NCBI GenBank assembly: GCA_028718785.1
Contig: JAQULB010000003.1
Span: 74,228-138,227, forward strand
From: Minisyncoccota bacterium
GTDB taxonomy: Bacteria > Patescibacteriota > Minisyncoccia > Minisyncoccales > CG1-02-41-26
DNA length: 64,000 nucleotides
Reading direction: 5' to 3'
Shown here: piece by piece, positions 28,814-38,574 of the stretch
How the letters are laid out: each line of letters opens with the position of its first letter
Numbering within the stretch: position 1 is the stretch's first letter
Program-made: the position numbers and the translations under genes
Notes under the pieces: generated by a model
Told to the model about the DNA's origin: nothing
What the model saw: only the letters and a program-made list of their open reading frames with translations
Databases searched by the model: none

Positions 28814-29584
28814 TTAAATGCGAAGGCCTTCTCGGGCAACGACAATGCCGAAAACTTTTTTAGCGCCATTGGCTTTAAGAACGCGAGCGCATTCTTCCAT
28901 TGTTGAGCCAGTGGTAAAAACATCGTCAACCAAGAAAATAGTTTTCTCGCTTATTAAAGCGGGATTTTTTATTGCAAAAGCGCCAGCAATATTCTGTTCT
29001 CGTTGTTTTTTACTAAACTCGGTTTGGCTTTTGGTGTTTTTTATTTTAATTAAGTTATTTTTTTGAAAAGGCAGTTTATAAGCAACTGATAAAATTTCTG
29101 CTATAACCGCAGATTGGTTGTAGCCCCGCGTTCTTTCTCTTTTTTTAAATAAGGGAACAGGCATAAAAACTTGTCCTGAGCCAGTCGAAGGGGTTGCCAA
29201 AGGAGCTTTTTTTGAGCTTGCCGAGGAATTAAAAATTCCTTGTTTTTGCGTTAATGCAAAGTGTGATATTATTAAATTAGACAAAGGGAAACCAAGATTT
29301 TTAATATAGGGTTCGTATTTAAAAAGAAAAATCATTTTTTTAACTAACGGATTTTTATAATCACAAGCTGAAAAAACTCCGTTTAATTTAAAACTTTGAT
29401 GAGATTGGCATTTTCCTTTTTTTATTACCCTGTTGGGAACAGAGCAGAAAGGGCAATATTGGAAAGGGTTTAAGTCAATTGTTGAAAAACAATCAGGGCA
29501 GATCAAAAAACCTTCTTTATTGCACTTTAGGCAAAATTGAGGAAACAGCAAATTCAAAATTTGGTTTTTAATTCTTTTCCACAT
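28814..29584 (-). CDS. comFC: ComF-family phosphoribosyltransferase-like competence protein
   Basis: N-terminal Cys clusters (CLKCNKEG..CPDC, CPFC) and a C-terminal PRT motif (IFLVDDVFTTGST) are present. It contains an inserted ATPSTGSGQV segment. Confidence 0.75.
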   Translation of the reverse strand: MWKRIKNQILNLLFPQFCLKCNKEGFLICPDCFSTIDLNPFQYCPFCSVPNRVIKKGKCQSHQSFKLNGVFSACDYKNPLVKKMIFLFKYEPYIKNLGFPLSNLIISHFALTQKQGIFNSSASSKKAPLATPSTGSGQVFMPVPLFKKRERTRGYNQSAVIAEILSVAYKLPFQKNNLIKIKNTKSQTEFSKKQREQNIAGAFAIKNPALISEKTIFLVDDVFTTGSTMEECARVLKANGAKKVFGIVVAREGLRI

Positions 29585-29636
29585 ACCTGCTTGATATTTT
29601 TTTATGCTATCATAAATAATTAGATAGTAAAAAAGA

Positions 29637-30692
29637 ATGGGTATATTTACAAAAAATTATTTAGGGGTTGATATTGGAGCCTCAAGCATAAAAGTTGTTG
29701 AGGTTTCGGTTTATGGTAAAAAGAAAAAACTGGAAAACTATATGGAATTTAAAATGCCTTTGTCTAGCCAGTCCCTTAAAACATTCCACAGAGAAAGCGC
29801 GGCCTTGTTGAGCAATGAGGTTTCGGAGATATTGCAGGCCATTTTAAGAAAAGCGAAAATTAAAGAAAAAAAAGTTTCTTTATCTTTGCCAGATTTTTCT
29901 ACTTTTTTTACAACATTCTCCATACCCCCAATGACAGAAACAGAAGTTCCTCAAGCCGTGGAATTTGAAGCAAAACATTACATCCCCTTGCCCTTAAACG
30001 AGGTTACTTTTGACTGGCAGATTATTGATAAAGAAGAAAGCATTTCAGGTTTGAAAAGAAGAATTTTGCTTGTGGCCATCCCCAACGCTGTTTTGCAAAA
30101 TTATCAAAGAGTGGCTTCGTTGTGCGGGCTTGAAATAGCGGGAATGGAAGCGGAAGTTTTTAGCTTGATAAGGTCTTCTTGGCCAGGCGGGAAATGCGAT
30201 TTTTTGCCTGTTTGCATGGTGGATTTTGGCTGGAAAAGCACAACTGTTAGCATTGTGGAAAAAAAGAAAGTGATATCAAGCTTTAGTTTTGATATTTCAA
30301 GCATTGCTTTAACAAAAGATTTGGCTTTGGCGTTGGGAATTCCGTTAGAAGAAGCAGAAAAATTAAAAACTCTTCATGGATTAGACCCTCAAAAACCAGA
30401 AGTTGCCAAAGTGCTTTTAGATAAAATTAACTTGCTTACAATGGAAATTGACAAAATTTGTGATGATTTTTTTCAAGCTACTAACCGAAGAGTGGACAAT
30501 CTTGTTTTGTCTGGGGGAACAGCCAATCTTTTTGGATTAAAAGAATATTTGTCTGCCAGAATTAAAAAAAGTGTATCAACAGCCATGCCTTTTTCCACCC
30601 TTAGTTATCCTGCGGTTTTAGAGCAAAGGTTGCTTAAGATTGGTCCTTCTTTTGCTATTGCTTTGGGGGCGGCTTTAATGTCAGCTGATTAA
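29637..30692 (+). CDS. pilM: PilM (actin-like), locus 2
   Basis: The 351-aa protein has a YLGVDIGASSIKVVEV start and a PilM-like layout, and is followed by pilN/O-like genes. Confidence 0.75.
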   Translation: MGIFTKNYLGVDIGASSIKVVEVSVYGKKKKLENYMEFKMPLSSQSLKTFHRESAALLSNEVSEILQAILRKAKIKEKKVSLSLPDFSTFFTTFSIPPMTETEVPQAVEFEAKHYIPLPLNEVTFDWQIIDKEESISGLKRRILLVAIPNAVLQNYQRVASLCGLEIAGMEAEVFSLIRSSWPGGKCDFLPVCMVDFGWKSTTVSIVEKKKVISSFSFDISSIALTKDLALALGIPLEEAEKLKTLHGLDPQKPEVAKVLLDKINLLTMEIDKICDDFFQATNRRVDNLVLSGGTANLFGLKEYLSARIKKSVSTAMPFSTLSYPAVLEQRLLKIGPSFAIALGAALMSAD

Positions 30693-31027
30693 ATGAGCGC
30701 CCAAGAGCGCGAGCCGTTAGGCGAAGCGTGATTGGTTGGGCGAATTTAACCCCGTGAAGTAAAATTTAATTTTACTAAATTAAATTTTAATCTTAAATTT
30801 TTATTTAAAAATTTAAGATTACTTCACAGGGGTGTGGATAGAAATATAAACAGACCCCAGTTAAGTAGCTCGCTCATCGCTCGCACTTAACGGGGTATAA
30901 GAATTCGTAAATTCATAAGGAAATCCCGATTAACGCTCGCTAAAATCACTCGCGTTAACGGGATGCAAGAACTTCTAAATTTCATAGCTCGCTAATCGCT
31001 CACTATTCAATTAAGAATTTCTAACAC
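30690..31027 (+). repeat. Intergenic hairpin-array element, copy 5 (longest, five hairpins)
   Basis: H1 is TAAATGAGCGCCCAA...TTGGGCGAATTTAA. H2 arms are at 30750-30761 and 30820-30834. Extra hairpins are CCCCAGTTAAGT...ACTTAACGGGG and ATCCCGATTAACGC...GCGTTAACGGGAT. The element ends AAGAATTTCTAACAC-ATG. Confidence 0.85.
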
Positions 31028-31582
31028 ATGTCAGATAAATTTGATGTTTTAAATATAATTCCAAAGCCCAAGATTGTTTTGCCTTTTTGGGTTAATCCTT
31101 TGGTTTTGGCTTCTGGAGTTATTTTGTTGATCATGACTGGGCTTTTTGTTTTTTATCATTTTCAAGCATTGTCATGGGAAAGTAAAGCAAAGGTTGAAGA
31201 AAGCAACTATCTTGCCCTTGCAACGCCAGAAAATAAAGCCATAGAGGAAAAAGCTGGAAAAATTTCCCAGCAGTTAGAAAAATTTTTTCAAGCGTTTGAA
31301 AACCATAAATTTTCTTATATTTTATTTAATTTTTTAAAGGATAATTGTCATCCCAATGTTAGTTTTTCAAGTTTAAATTTTAATTCAAACTCCGGAAAAG
31401 TTTCTTTGGCTGGTCAAACCAATAATTATAATAGTTTGGGTGAGCAGATAGCGGTTTTAAAAAGCGTAAAAGAAATAAGCGCTTTAGAGGTTTCAGATAT
31501 TGTTTTAGACAAAGAGGGGAATGTTACTTTTAGGTTAAATTTTATAGTTGACCCAAATTTTTTCAAAAATCAAAACCAATGA
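31028..31582 (+). CDS. pilN: PilN-like bitopic membrane protein, locus 2
   Basis: It has a single TM segment. The call rests mainly on synteny. Confidence 0.5.
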   Translation: MSDKFDVLNIIPKPKIVLPFWVNPLVLASGVILLIMTGLFVFYHFQALSWESKAKVEESNYLALATPENKAIEEKAGKISQQLEKFFQAFENHKFSYILFNFLKDNCHPNVSFSSLNFNSNSGKVSLAGQTNNYNSLGEQIAVLKSVKEISALEVSDIVLDKEGNVTFRLNFIVDPNFFKNQNQ

Positions 31583-32124
31583 AAAGAATTTTTGCCATTC
31601 CAGTTTTAGCATTAGCGTCTTTTGTGGTGTTTCTTTATGCTGTTTTGCCTCAAGTTTCAGCTGTCAATAGAGCAAAGGAGAATTTTTTAAAAACCGAGAA
31701 ACAGGTAAACGATCGCCAAAAATATTTTCAAGACCTAAAAAGTTCTCTTGAAGAAATAAGCGCCTATCAAGACACTATAGAAAAAATAGAATCTGCTTTG
31801 CCAGGAGAAGTTTTTTTAGCTTCATTGATTGAATTTTTTAATCAAAAAGCCAATAATAGCGGTTTGATTTTGAAATCTCTTGCTCCAACAGCAGGACCTA
31901 CGGGTTATGAAGAAGGAAACAGCGATCCAATCCAACAGGCAAAAAATTATCCAGCTCAATATTTTATAATGACCTTAAATGGAAATGCGTCTTCGTTTGA
32001 AAGCTTTTTAAAAGATATTGAAACTTCAGCTCGGTTGGTTGATGTTGAAAGTATTTCTTTGCAACAACAAGGTTCAAAAGAGATTTCCTCTGATATTAAT
32101 ATTTTAGTCAAGGTTTATTATTAA
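31579..32124 (+). CDS. pilO: PilO-like bitopic membrane protein, locus 2
   Basis: It has a single TM segment plus a coiled-coil, and its start overlaps the upstream gene. Confidence 0.5.
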   Translation: MKRIFAIPVLALASFVVFLYAVLPQVSAVNRAKENFLKTEKQVNDRQKYFQDLKSSLEEISAYQDTIEKIESALPGEVFLASLIEFFNQKANNSGLILKSLAPTAGPTGYEEGNSDPIQQAKNYPAQYFIMTLNGNASSFESFLKDIETSARLVDVESISLQQQGSKEISSDINILVKVYY

Positions 32125-32186
32125 ATGACGCCCCGTAAAAACAAGTCAGTAGGCGAAGTTTAAGCGGTTGGCGGAAGTTAACCTTT
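32122..32186 (+). repeat. Intergenic element, short copy (H1-type module only)
   Basis: TAAATGACGCCCCGTAAAAACAAGTCAGTAGGCGAAGTTTAAGCGG shares TAAATGA and CAGTAGGCGAAG with the other copies. Confidence 0.55.
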
Positions 32187-33143
32187 ATGGCAGAAAAAAT
32201 TGATTTTAAAAAATTTACTTACGCGTGCTTTGGCGCAGCTGTGATTGTTGTTGTTCTTTTAATTTTAAAAATTATTTTCCCCGACATTGTAATTAATGTT
32301 CCCCCAGCGGAAAACTACACAAAGTCAGTTAGTATAAACTGGGATATTTTAAGAAAACCGCTTTCTGTAAGCTTGCCAGCTTTAGACATTGATTTAATTT
32401 CTTCTCCCCAAGCCACAACTTCTGGAGCGTATGTTAGCTTAACAGCTGAAGTTAAAGGAGCGTCTCAGGGGCCGTTTATATATCATTTTGATTGCCAAAA
32501 TGATGGGATTTTTGAATTGGAAACAGACGCGGTTTTTCAAAAAATATATACAGCCCAAAATATTTGCTTTTTTGACAAAGAAGGCGTTTTTACGCCAAAT
32601 GTTGTGGTGGATGGGTTTTTTGACTATTTTCAGGATGGCCAAGAAATAAAAGAAAAAAGAACAGCTCAAGCAATTTCTAAGGTGGAGGTTAGCGACTCTA
32701 ATTTGCCTCCTGTTTTTTTGGGTTGCGATGTTGATAGTGTTGAGGGCACCACTCAAGTTAACTTTAAATTTAACTTTACTTCAAAAGCTCAAGATCCAAA
32801 TGGCGATGGAATAAAATACGAGTGGGATTTTGGAGATGGCAACAAAGCTGAGGGTCAGAATGTGGAATATAGCTATAAAACAATGGGTTTTTTTGTGCCA
32901 AAAGTAAAAGCCATTGACCCCAAAGGGGCTTTTGCTTATTGCGTTGCAAAATCTTTAACAATATTAAGAGGGTTGTCGTCTTTTGAAACTATTTCAACCT
33001 CTCGAATGTTAAAGGGGAGACAAGATCCATTTTCTATAGTGAAACCAGAGGATTTAGTTTTAGATACCATAAAAAATACAACCCCAATAATTACCCCTTT
33101 AGAAAATTCAGGGCAAAATCAAGCAACTACCACAAGTCAATAA
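32187..33143 (+). CDS. Membrane-anchored PKD-domain protein
   Basis: It has an N-terminal TM segment and a PKD-type signature (KYEWDFGDGNKAEGQNVEYSY). Confidence 0.6.
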   Translation: MAEKIDFKKFTYACFGAAVIVVVLLILKIIFPDIVINVPPAENYTKSVSINWDILRKPLSVSLPALDIDLISSPQATTSGAYVSLTAEVKGASQGPFIYHFDCQNDGIFELETDAVFQKIYTAQNICFFDKEGVFTPNVVVDGFFDYFQDGQEIKEKRTAQAISKVEVSDSNLPPVFLGCDVDSVEGTTQVNFKFNFTSKAQDPNGDGIKYEWDFGDGNKAEGQNVEYSYKTMGFFVPKVKAIDPKGAFAYCVAKSLTILRGLSSFETISTSRMLKGRQDPFSIVKPEDLVLDTIKNTTPIITPLENSGQNQATTTSQ

Positions 33144-33175
33144 TATATCGTTAGCATTATTTACAAATTTTAATA

Positions 33176-34930
33176 ATGAACATTATCCAGCTTCTTTTGA
33201 AGCAAAAAAAAATAAATAAACAAGATGGCGAAAAGTTGGCTGAAGAAGCTCAAAAGTTGGGTAAAGACCAAGAAGAATTTTTAGTTGAAAAGAAAATTAT
33301 TTCCGAGGAAGAACTTTTAAAATTAAAATCAGAAGCGCTTGGCGTTCCTTTGCAAAAATTAGACACTGATGAAGCGCCCCAAGAATCGCTTTTAATTATT
33401 CCCAAAGAAGCAATAGAATTCTATAAAGTAATACCATTAAAAATTGACCGGTTAAAAAATATATTAGAGGTTGGGATGGTTTATCCAGAGAGTTCTCAGG
33501 CCCAAGAGGCCTTAAAATTTTTAGCCAGACAGCAAAAACTTTCTTTAAAAATTCATTTAGTTTCCCTTTCAGATTTTAGAAAGTATTTTGAAAAGCTCCA
33601 AGCTCCGGAAAAAGAAGTGGCTAGCGCTTTAGAAAAATTGGAAAAAGAGTTTGGGTCTGCTAAAGACAAGGCGGTTTTTGAAGATATTTCCACAAACACG
33701 CAGAGTCAAGCAATTTTTATAGAAGAGGCTCCGGTAATAAGAATGGTGGCGGTTATTTTGCGTCAAGCTGTTGAAGGCAAGGCCTCTGATATACACATAG
33801 AGCCAACAGTAGACGATTTAAGGATCCGCTATAGAATGGATGGAATTTTATACCCTTCCTTAAAGCTTCCCATTAAGGTGCATTCTGCTATTGTGGCCCG
33901 CATTAAAATTTTAAGCCGTTTAAAAATTGATGAAAATCGCATTCCTCAAGACGGTCGGTTTTCAACAAAAGTTGGAAGCAAGAGAATTGATTTTAGGGTG
34001 GCAACCTTTCCCACCACATTGGGAGAAAAAGTGGTCATTAGGGTTTTAGATTCAAACGAAGGGTTAAAAAAATTAGAAGACCTTGGATTAACAGGCCGAA
34101 ACAACGATGTTTTAATGCGAATGATAAAAAAGCCATACGGAATGATTTTGGTAACAGGGCCAACTGGCTCTGGAAAAACTTCCACTTTGTATACAACTAT
34201 GCGTCTTTTAAATAAAGAACAAGTGAATATTGTAACTCTTGAGGATCCAGTTGAATATTCCATGAACGGGGTTAATCAGTCCCAAGTCAGACCAGAAATT
34301 GATTACACTTTTGCAAAGGGATTAAGGCAGATATTAAGACAAGACCCAAATATCATTATGGTGGGGGAAATCAGAGACGAAGAAACAGCCAGCTTGGCGG
34401 TTAATGCCGCTTTGACCGGGCATTTAGTTTTAAGCACCTTGCATGCCAACAACGCTATTAGCACAATTCCTCGATTGTTTGATATGGGAATTAAGCCGTT
34501 TTTACTTTCTCCAACCTTATCGGTTGTTATCAGTCAGCGGCTTTTAAGGGTTTTATGCCCATACTGTCGGGAAAAAATCATATTAGACGCAAAAACAAAA
34601 ACATATCTTCAAGAGAAATTAAAAGAAATTCCCCAAGAAGCAAAAAATAGTTTAAACTTAAAAAGCGAACATCAAGTTTTTGAGCCAAAGGGGTGCAGTA
34701 AATGCAATGAAACCGGGTATTCTGGCAGAATTGGCATATTTGAAGTTTTGGAAATGACTAGCCAGCTAAGCGAAATTATTGCAAGAGACCCAACTGAAAA
34801 AGCTATTACCCAAGAAGCTAAAAGGCAGGGTATGATAACTATGGAGGAAGATGGCATTTTAAAAACATTGCAGGGCATAACATCTTTAAGAGAGGTTATG
34901 AGGGTGTCAGAAGAAAACAAGTATTTATAG
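33176..34930 (+). CDS. pilB: Type IV pilus assembly ATPase (GspE/PilB family), locus 2
   Basis: GPTGSGKTST, RIPQDGRF and a tetra-Cys motif (CPYC...CSKC) are present. Confidence 0.9.
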   Translation: MNIIQLLLKQKKINKQDGEKLAEEAQKLGKDQEEFLVEKKIISEEELLKLKSEALGVPLQKLDTDEAPQESLLIIPKEAIEFYKVIPLKIDRLKNILEVGMVYPESSQAQEALKFLARQQKLSLKIHLVSLSDFRKYFEKLQAPEKEVASALEKLEKEFGSAKDKAVFEDISTNTQSQAIFIEEAPVIRMVAVILRQAVEGKASDIHIEPTVDDLRIRYRMDGILYPSLKLPIKVHSAIVARIKILSRLKIDENRIPQDGRFSTKVGSKRIDFRVATFPTTLGEKVVIRVLDSNEGLKKLEDLGLTGRNNDVLMRMIKKPYGMILVTGPTGSGKTSTLYTTMRLLNKEQVNIVTLEDPVEYSMNGVNQSQVRPEIDYTFAKGLRQILRQDPNIIMVGEIRDEETASLAVNAALTGHLVLSTLHANNAISTIPRLFDMGIKPFLLSPTLSVVISQRLLRVLCPYCREKIILDAKTKTYLQEKLKEIPQEAKNSLNLKSEHQVFEPKGCSKCNETGYSGRIGIFEVLEMTSQLSEIIARDPTEKAITQEAKRQGMITMEEDGILKTLQGITSLREVMRVSEENKYL

Positions 34931-34966
34931 AAAATTAAAAACTGAAACCAATTTTGGGATTATTTT

Positions 34967-35335
34967 ATGAAATCAATTTTACTTATAGAAGACGACCCAT
35001 TTTTAATTGATATTTACAGCCAAAAGTTTAAAAAAAGCGGCTTTGATGTAAGGGTGGCTGAAAACGCCTCAAAAGCGTTTCAATTTTTAGAGGAAAAGAT
35101 TCCTGATCTTATTTTGCTGGATGTTGTTTTACCTCAAATGGATGGCTGGTCAATTTTGAAAAAAATTAGGGCCAATGAGGCCTGGAAGGCCTGCCAAATT
35201 ATAATTTTTAGCAACCTGGGGCAGAAAGAAGAAGTTGAAAAAGGGCTTGAACTGGGAGCTAATAAATATTTAATAAAGTCGCAGTACACACCCTTGGAAG
35301 TGGTTAAAGAAATTGAGAAATTATTAAAAAATTAA
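34967..35335 (+). CDS. Receiver-only response regulator, locus 2
   Basis: The sequence reads ILLIEDD...DLILLDVVLPQMDG...K, and there is no output domain. Confidence 0.85.
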   Translation: MKSILLIEDDPFLIDIYSQKFKKSGFDVRVAENASKAFQFLEEKIPDLILLDVVLPQMDGWSILKKIRANEAWKACQIIIFSNLGQKEEVEKGLELGANKYLIKSQYTPLEVVKEIEKLLKN

Positions 35336-35336
35336 C

Positions 35337-36407
35337 ATGGAATACCAAAAAGTTTTAAAAAATATTTTGGAATCAGCAATTACCCAAGGGGCCTCGGATA
35401 TTCACATTGTGGTGGGGCATCCTTTTATTTTAAGAATTTCTGGCGAACTAATAAATCAACCCAAAACGCCCGTTGTTTCTCCAGAAGATGCTATGGGATT
35501 GGCGTTGGCTTTAATGGGCCAAGAAAGAAAAGACCGGCTTTTAAAAGAAAGAGAAATTGATTTTGCTTATAGTTTTTCCGATAAAGCCAGATTTAGAGTT
35601 AACATTTTTTTTCAAATGGGTTATGTGAGCATGGCTTTAAGGTTGATTAACTCTCAAATACGAACAACTGAAGAGCTTAATTTGCCTTTAACTATAAAAA
35701 ATTTTGCTCAAGCTGAACATGGGCTTGTTTTGATAACCGGATCTTCCTCTCAAGGAAAATCAACAACTTTAGCCAGCTTGGTTGATGATATTAACCACAA
35801 CAGAGGAGAGCATATTATAACAATTGAAGACCCAATAGAATATATTTTTAAAGATGACCTTTCTTTAATAGAACAAAGAGAGGTGTCTCAAGACACTTTA
35901 AGTTTTTCTAGCGCTTTAAGAGCGGCTTTGCGCGAAGATCCGGATGTTATTATGGTGGGGGAGATGAGGGACTTAGAAACAATTTCCACAACCATAACAG
36001 CGGCTGAAACCGGGCATTTGGTTTTTGCCACCTTGCATACAAATTCGGCTGCCCAAACAATTCACCGCATAATAGATGTTTTTCCTTCAGACCAGCAAGA
36101 TCAAGTGAGATCTCAGCTGGCAGTTTCTTTGCTGGGAGTTGTTTCTCAAAAACTCATACCGTCTGAGGAAAAAGGGTTTTTGCCAGCTTGCGAAGTTTTA
36201 ATTGCCACATCTGGCATAAGCAACTTAATAAGAGAAAACAAAATTCACGAGATACCTTCCATTATTGAAACTTCTGGACAAATGGGAATGTGCACTTTAA
36301 ATAAAAGCTTGGTTGAACTGGTTCGAGGAGGATTGATTTCCAAAGAATTGGCTATTGTTCACTCGCTTAACCCAGAAGATTTAAAGATTAGATTAAGCAG
36401 ATTATAA
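35337..36407 (+). CDS. pilT: PilT-family retraction ATPase
   Basis: The 356-aa protein has GASDIHI, Walker A (GSSSQGKST), GEMRD and a His box (TLHTNSAAQT). Confidence 0.85.
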   Translation: MEYQKVLKNILESAITQGASDIHIVVGHPFILRISGELINQPKTPVVSPEDAMGLALALMGQERKDRLLKEREIDFAYSFSDKARFRVNIFFQMGYVSMALRLINSQIRTTEELNLPLTIKNFAQAEHGLVLITGSSSQGKSTTLASLVDDINHNRGEHIITIEDPIEYIFKDDLSLIEQREVSQDTLSFSSALRAALREDPDVIMVGEMRDLETISTTITAAETGHLVFATLHTNSAAQTIHRIIDVFPSDQQDQVRSQLAVSLLGVVSQKLIPSEEKGFLPACEVLIATSGISNLIRENKIHEIPSIIETSGQMGMCTLNKSLVELVRGGLISKELAIVHSLNPEDLKIRLSRL

Positions 36408-36628
36408 GTAATCCGTTAATGAAAGCGAGCTTTTGAGCGAAGCTTGAATTTACGGATTACTTACCCCGTGGAGTATAAATTTGCTTTGCAAATTTATATT
36501 TTAAATTCTTATTAAAATCGTCTAATAATTTTAATAAGAATTTAAAATTACTCCACAGGGTGTAAGAACTCGTAAAATCCGCCGCAAATTTTACGAAATA
36601 AATTAGCGGCGAATTAACGATTTCTAAC
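36405..36628 (+). repeat. Intergenic hairpin-array element, copy 6
   Basis: The first 66 nt are identical to copy 1. H2 arms are at 36464-36475 and 36549-36562. H3 has interleaved stems CGTAAAAT/ATTTTACG and CGCCGC/GCGGCG. The element ends TTAACGATTTCTAAC-ATG. Confidence 0.85.
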
Positions 36629-37858
36629 ATGAGATTTTTTTATCAATCAAGGTCAAAAATTGGGGAGTTAAAAAAAGGTATTGTTGAGGCCGAGTCAAAA
36701 AAAGCGGCCCTGGAAGCTTTGGAAAAGTATGGTCTTTATGTTACCTCTTTAAAACAAGAACCCACCACAAAGCTTAAAAAGGATATAAACATTAAAATCC
36801 CTTTTTTAAAAGAGGTGCCCCAAAAAGAAATCGTGGCTTTCACAAGGCAGTTATCGGTAATGTTAAGGTCGGCAATTCCGCCCCTACAGGCCATAAAGGC
36901 CCAGGCCAGCCAAATAAAAAATCAAAGGTTTCAAGCAATTCTTTGGAAAATGGTTCAAAGCATAGAAATGGGAACACCCTTAAGCCAGGCCCTTGCTTTA
37001 TCTCCTCAAGTTTTTAATCAGTTTTTTATTAGTATGGTAAAGTCCGGAGAAGCGACTGGAAAAGTGGCTGACTCTTTGTTTTATTTAGCAGATCATTTAG
37101 AAGAAGAATATAATTTTAATCAAAAGGTTTTTGGGGCCATGATTTACCCCATTTTTATTTTGTTTGCTTTAACAGCAGCTTTCTTTTTGGCAATATTTTT
37201 TATTGTTCCCAAGTTAAGAGAAATTTTGGAATCTTTTACAGGCAATCTTCCTTGGGCCACAAAGTTAATTATTGGCTTGTCGGATTTTATAAAAGCCGGG
37301 GGCTGGATTGGTTTTTTGCTTGTTTTTGGGGCAATTGCCGCTTTGCCTGTAGTTTTAAAAAAGAATAAAGAAGCAAAAATCGCTTATGATTCGTTAATTT
37401 TAAAAGTGCCTGTTTTGGGAAAATTTTTTGCAAAGGTTTATCTTGTTAGATTCACCGAAAATTTGTCTGTTTTGATTTCTGCTGGCTTGCCAATTAATCA
37501 AGCATTAAACATTACTTATGATATTGTGGGCAACACAGTGTATCAAAAAATTATCAAAGAGATAAGCGATCGGGTGGCTAAAGGAGAAAAAATAAGCGCG
37601 GTGGTTTTTGAAAAGCCAAATCAAATTCCCCCCTTTGTTTCTCAAATGATTTCCACAGGAGAGGAAACTGGAAAGTTAGACGAAACTTTAATGGATGCGG
37701 TGAGGTTTTATCGCCAAGAAATAGAACGCACCACTGCTAATTTAACAACAATCATAGAGCCGGTCTTGATTTTAATTATTGGGGTGGCTATTGCGATTTT
37801 TGCGGTTTCAATTTTTATACCGCTTTTCAAAATAGGCATGGGCGGAATGACTGGATAA
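36629..37858 (+). CDS. pilC: Type IV pilus platform protein (GspF/PilC family), locus 2
   Basis: Duplicated GspF domains are present (SGEATGK, TGEETGKL), with three TM segments. Confidence 0.85.
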   Translation: MRFFYQSRSKIGELKKGIVEAESKKAALEALEKYGLYVTSLKQEPTTKLKKDINIKIPFLKEVPQKEIVAFTRQLSVMLRSAIPPLQAIKAQASQIKNQRFQAILWKMVQSIEMGTPLSQALALSPQVFNQFFISMVKSGEATGKVADSLFYLADHLEEEYNFNQKVFGAMIYPIFILFALTAAFFLAIFFIVPKLREILESFTGNLPWATKLIIGLSDFIKAGGWIGFLLVFGAIAALPVVLKKNKEAKIAYDSLILKVPVLGKFFAKVYLVRFTENLSVLISAGLPINQALNITYDIVGNTVYQKIIKEISDRVAKGEKISAVVFEKPNQIPPFVSQMISTGEETGKLDETLMDAVRFYRQEIERTTANLTTIIEPVLILIIGVAIAIFAVSIFIPLFKIGMGGMTG

Positions 37859-38038
37859 TGAAGAAAGAGTTATTAACAGGAGTTGTTTTACAAAAACGCT
37901 GAAAGTTATATAATTAAAAATAATACAATATTTATTAATGAAAGGTCGCAAAATTTAAAGATTATGTTCGCTTGCATTGCTATATTTGCTGATACAAATA
38001 TTAAATTAGCAAAAGCAGTGTGAGTAAAAATTAAAAAA

Positions 38039-38512
38039 ATGAAAATGTTTAATAAAAGAGGTTTTACTTTAATTGAATTGTTAGTGGTTATTGCCATTAT
38101 TGGCATTTTAGCTTCTATTGTGTTGGTGAGTTTCCCGACAGCTAGTAAAAAGGCTCAGGATGCAAGAGTGGTTTCAGCCATTGCTCAAGCTAGGACTGTA
38201 ATGACCTATGTTAATTCGAATGATGGCAACTATCTTGGTTTTACAAAAACCACACCAGCAGCTGATATGGGTCCCATAGCAACAGAGCTTGACAGCAAAG
38301 CTAATGGTGGAGCTTCGGGTTGGGTGGTGTATACAACACCAACAACTGGTGTGGCTGCCTGTATATATGCCACATTAAATGTAAAAGCTAACTATTTTTA
38401 CTGCGCTGATTCAACTGGTGTAGCCGGGTTTTTCTCTGGAACTGCTGCTGCCATGACAGCGGCTTGCGGTACTGCTGCTGCTGCTGCTTGTCCAACAGGC
38501 ACTGCGGGATAA
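38039..38512 (+). CDS. pilA: Type IV pilin (likely major pilin)
   Basis: KRGFTLIELLVVIAIIGILASIV is a class III signal. The C-terminal region is Ala/Thr/Gly-rich with paired Cys. A strong terminator follows. Confidence 0.8.
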   Translation: MKMFNKRGFTLIELLVVIAIIGILASIVLVSFPTASKKAQDARVVSAIAQARTVMTYVNSNDGNYLGFTKTTPAADMGPIATELDSKANGGASGWVVYTTPTTGVAACIYATLNVKANYFYCADSTGVAGFFSGTAAAMTAACGTAAAAACPTGTAG

Positions 38513-38527
38513 TAATTTTAGTTTTTC

Positions 38528-38561
38528 AAAAAGAGCTGGTAGCAATGCCAGCTCTTTTTTG
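38528..38561 (+). terminator. Terminator after pilA
   Basis: AGAGCTGG-tagcaatg-CCAGCTCT is followed by TTTTTTG. Confidence 0.8.
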
Positions 38562-38574
38562 TTAAAATAATATA

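Noticed and set aside
37860-38038. Promoter call upstream of pilA
   Set aside because: The region is AT-rich with several weak -10-like hexamers (TACAAT, TATAAT-like), but no convincing -35/-10 pair at proper spacing. It is left unannotated.
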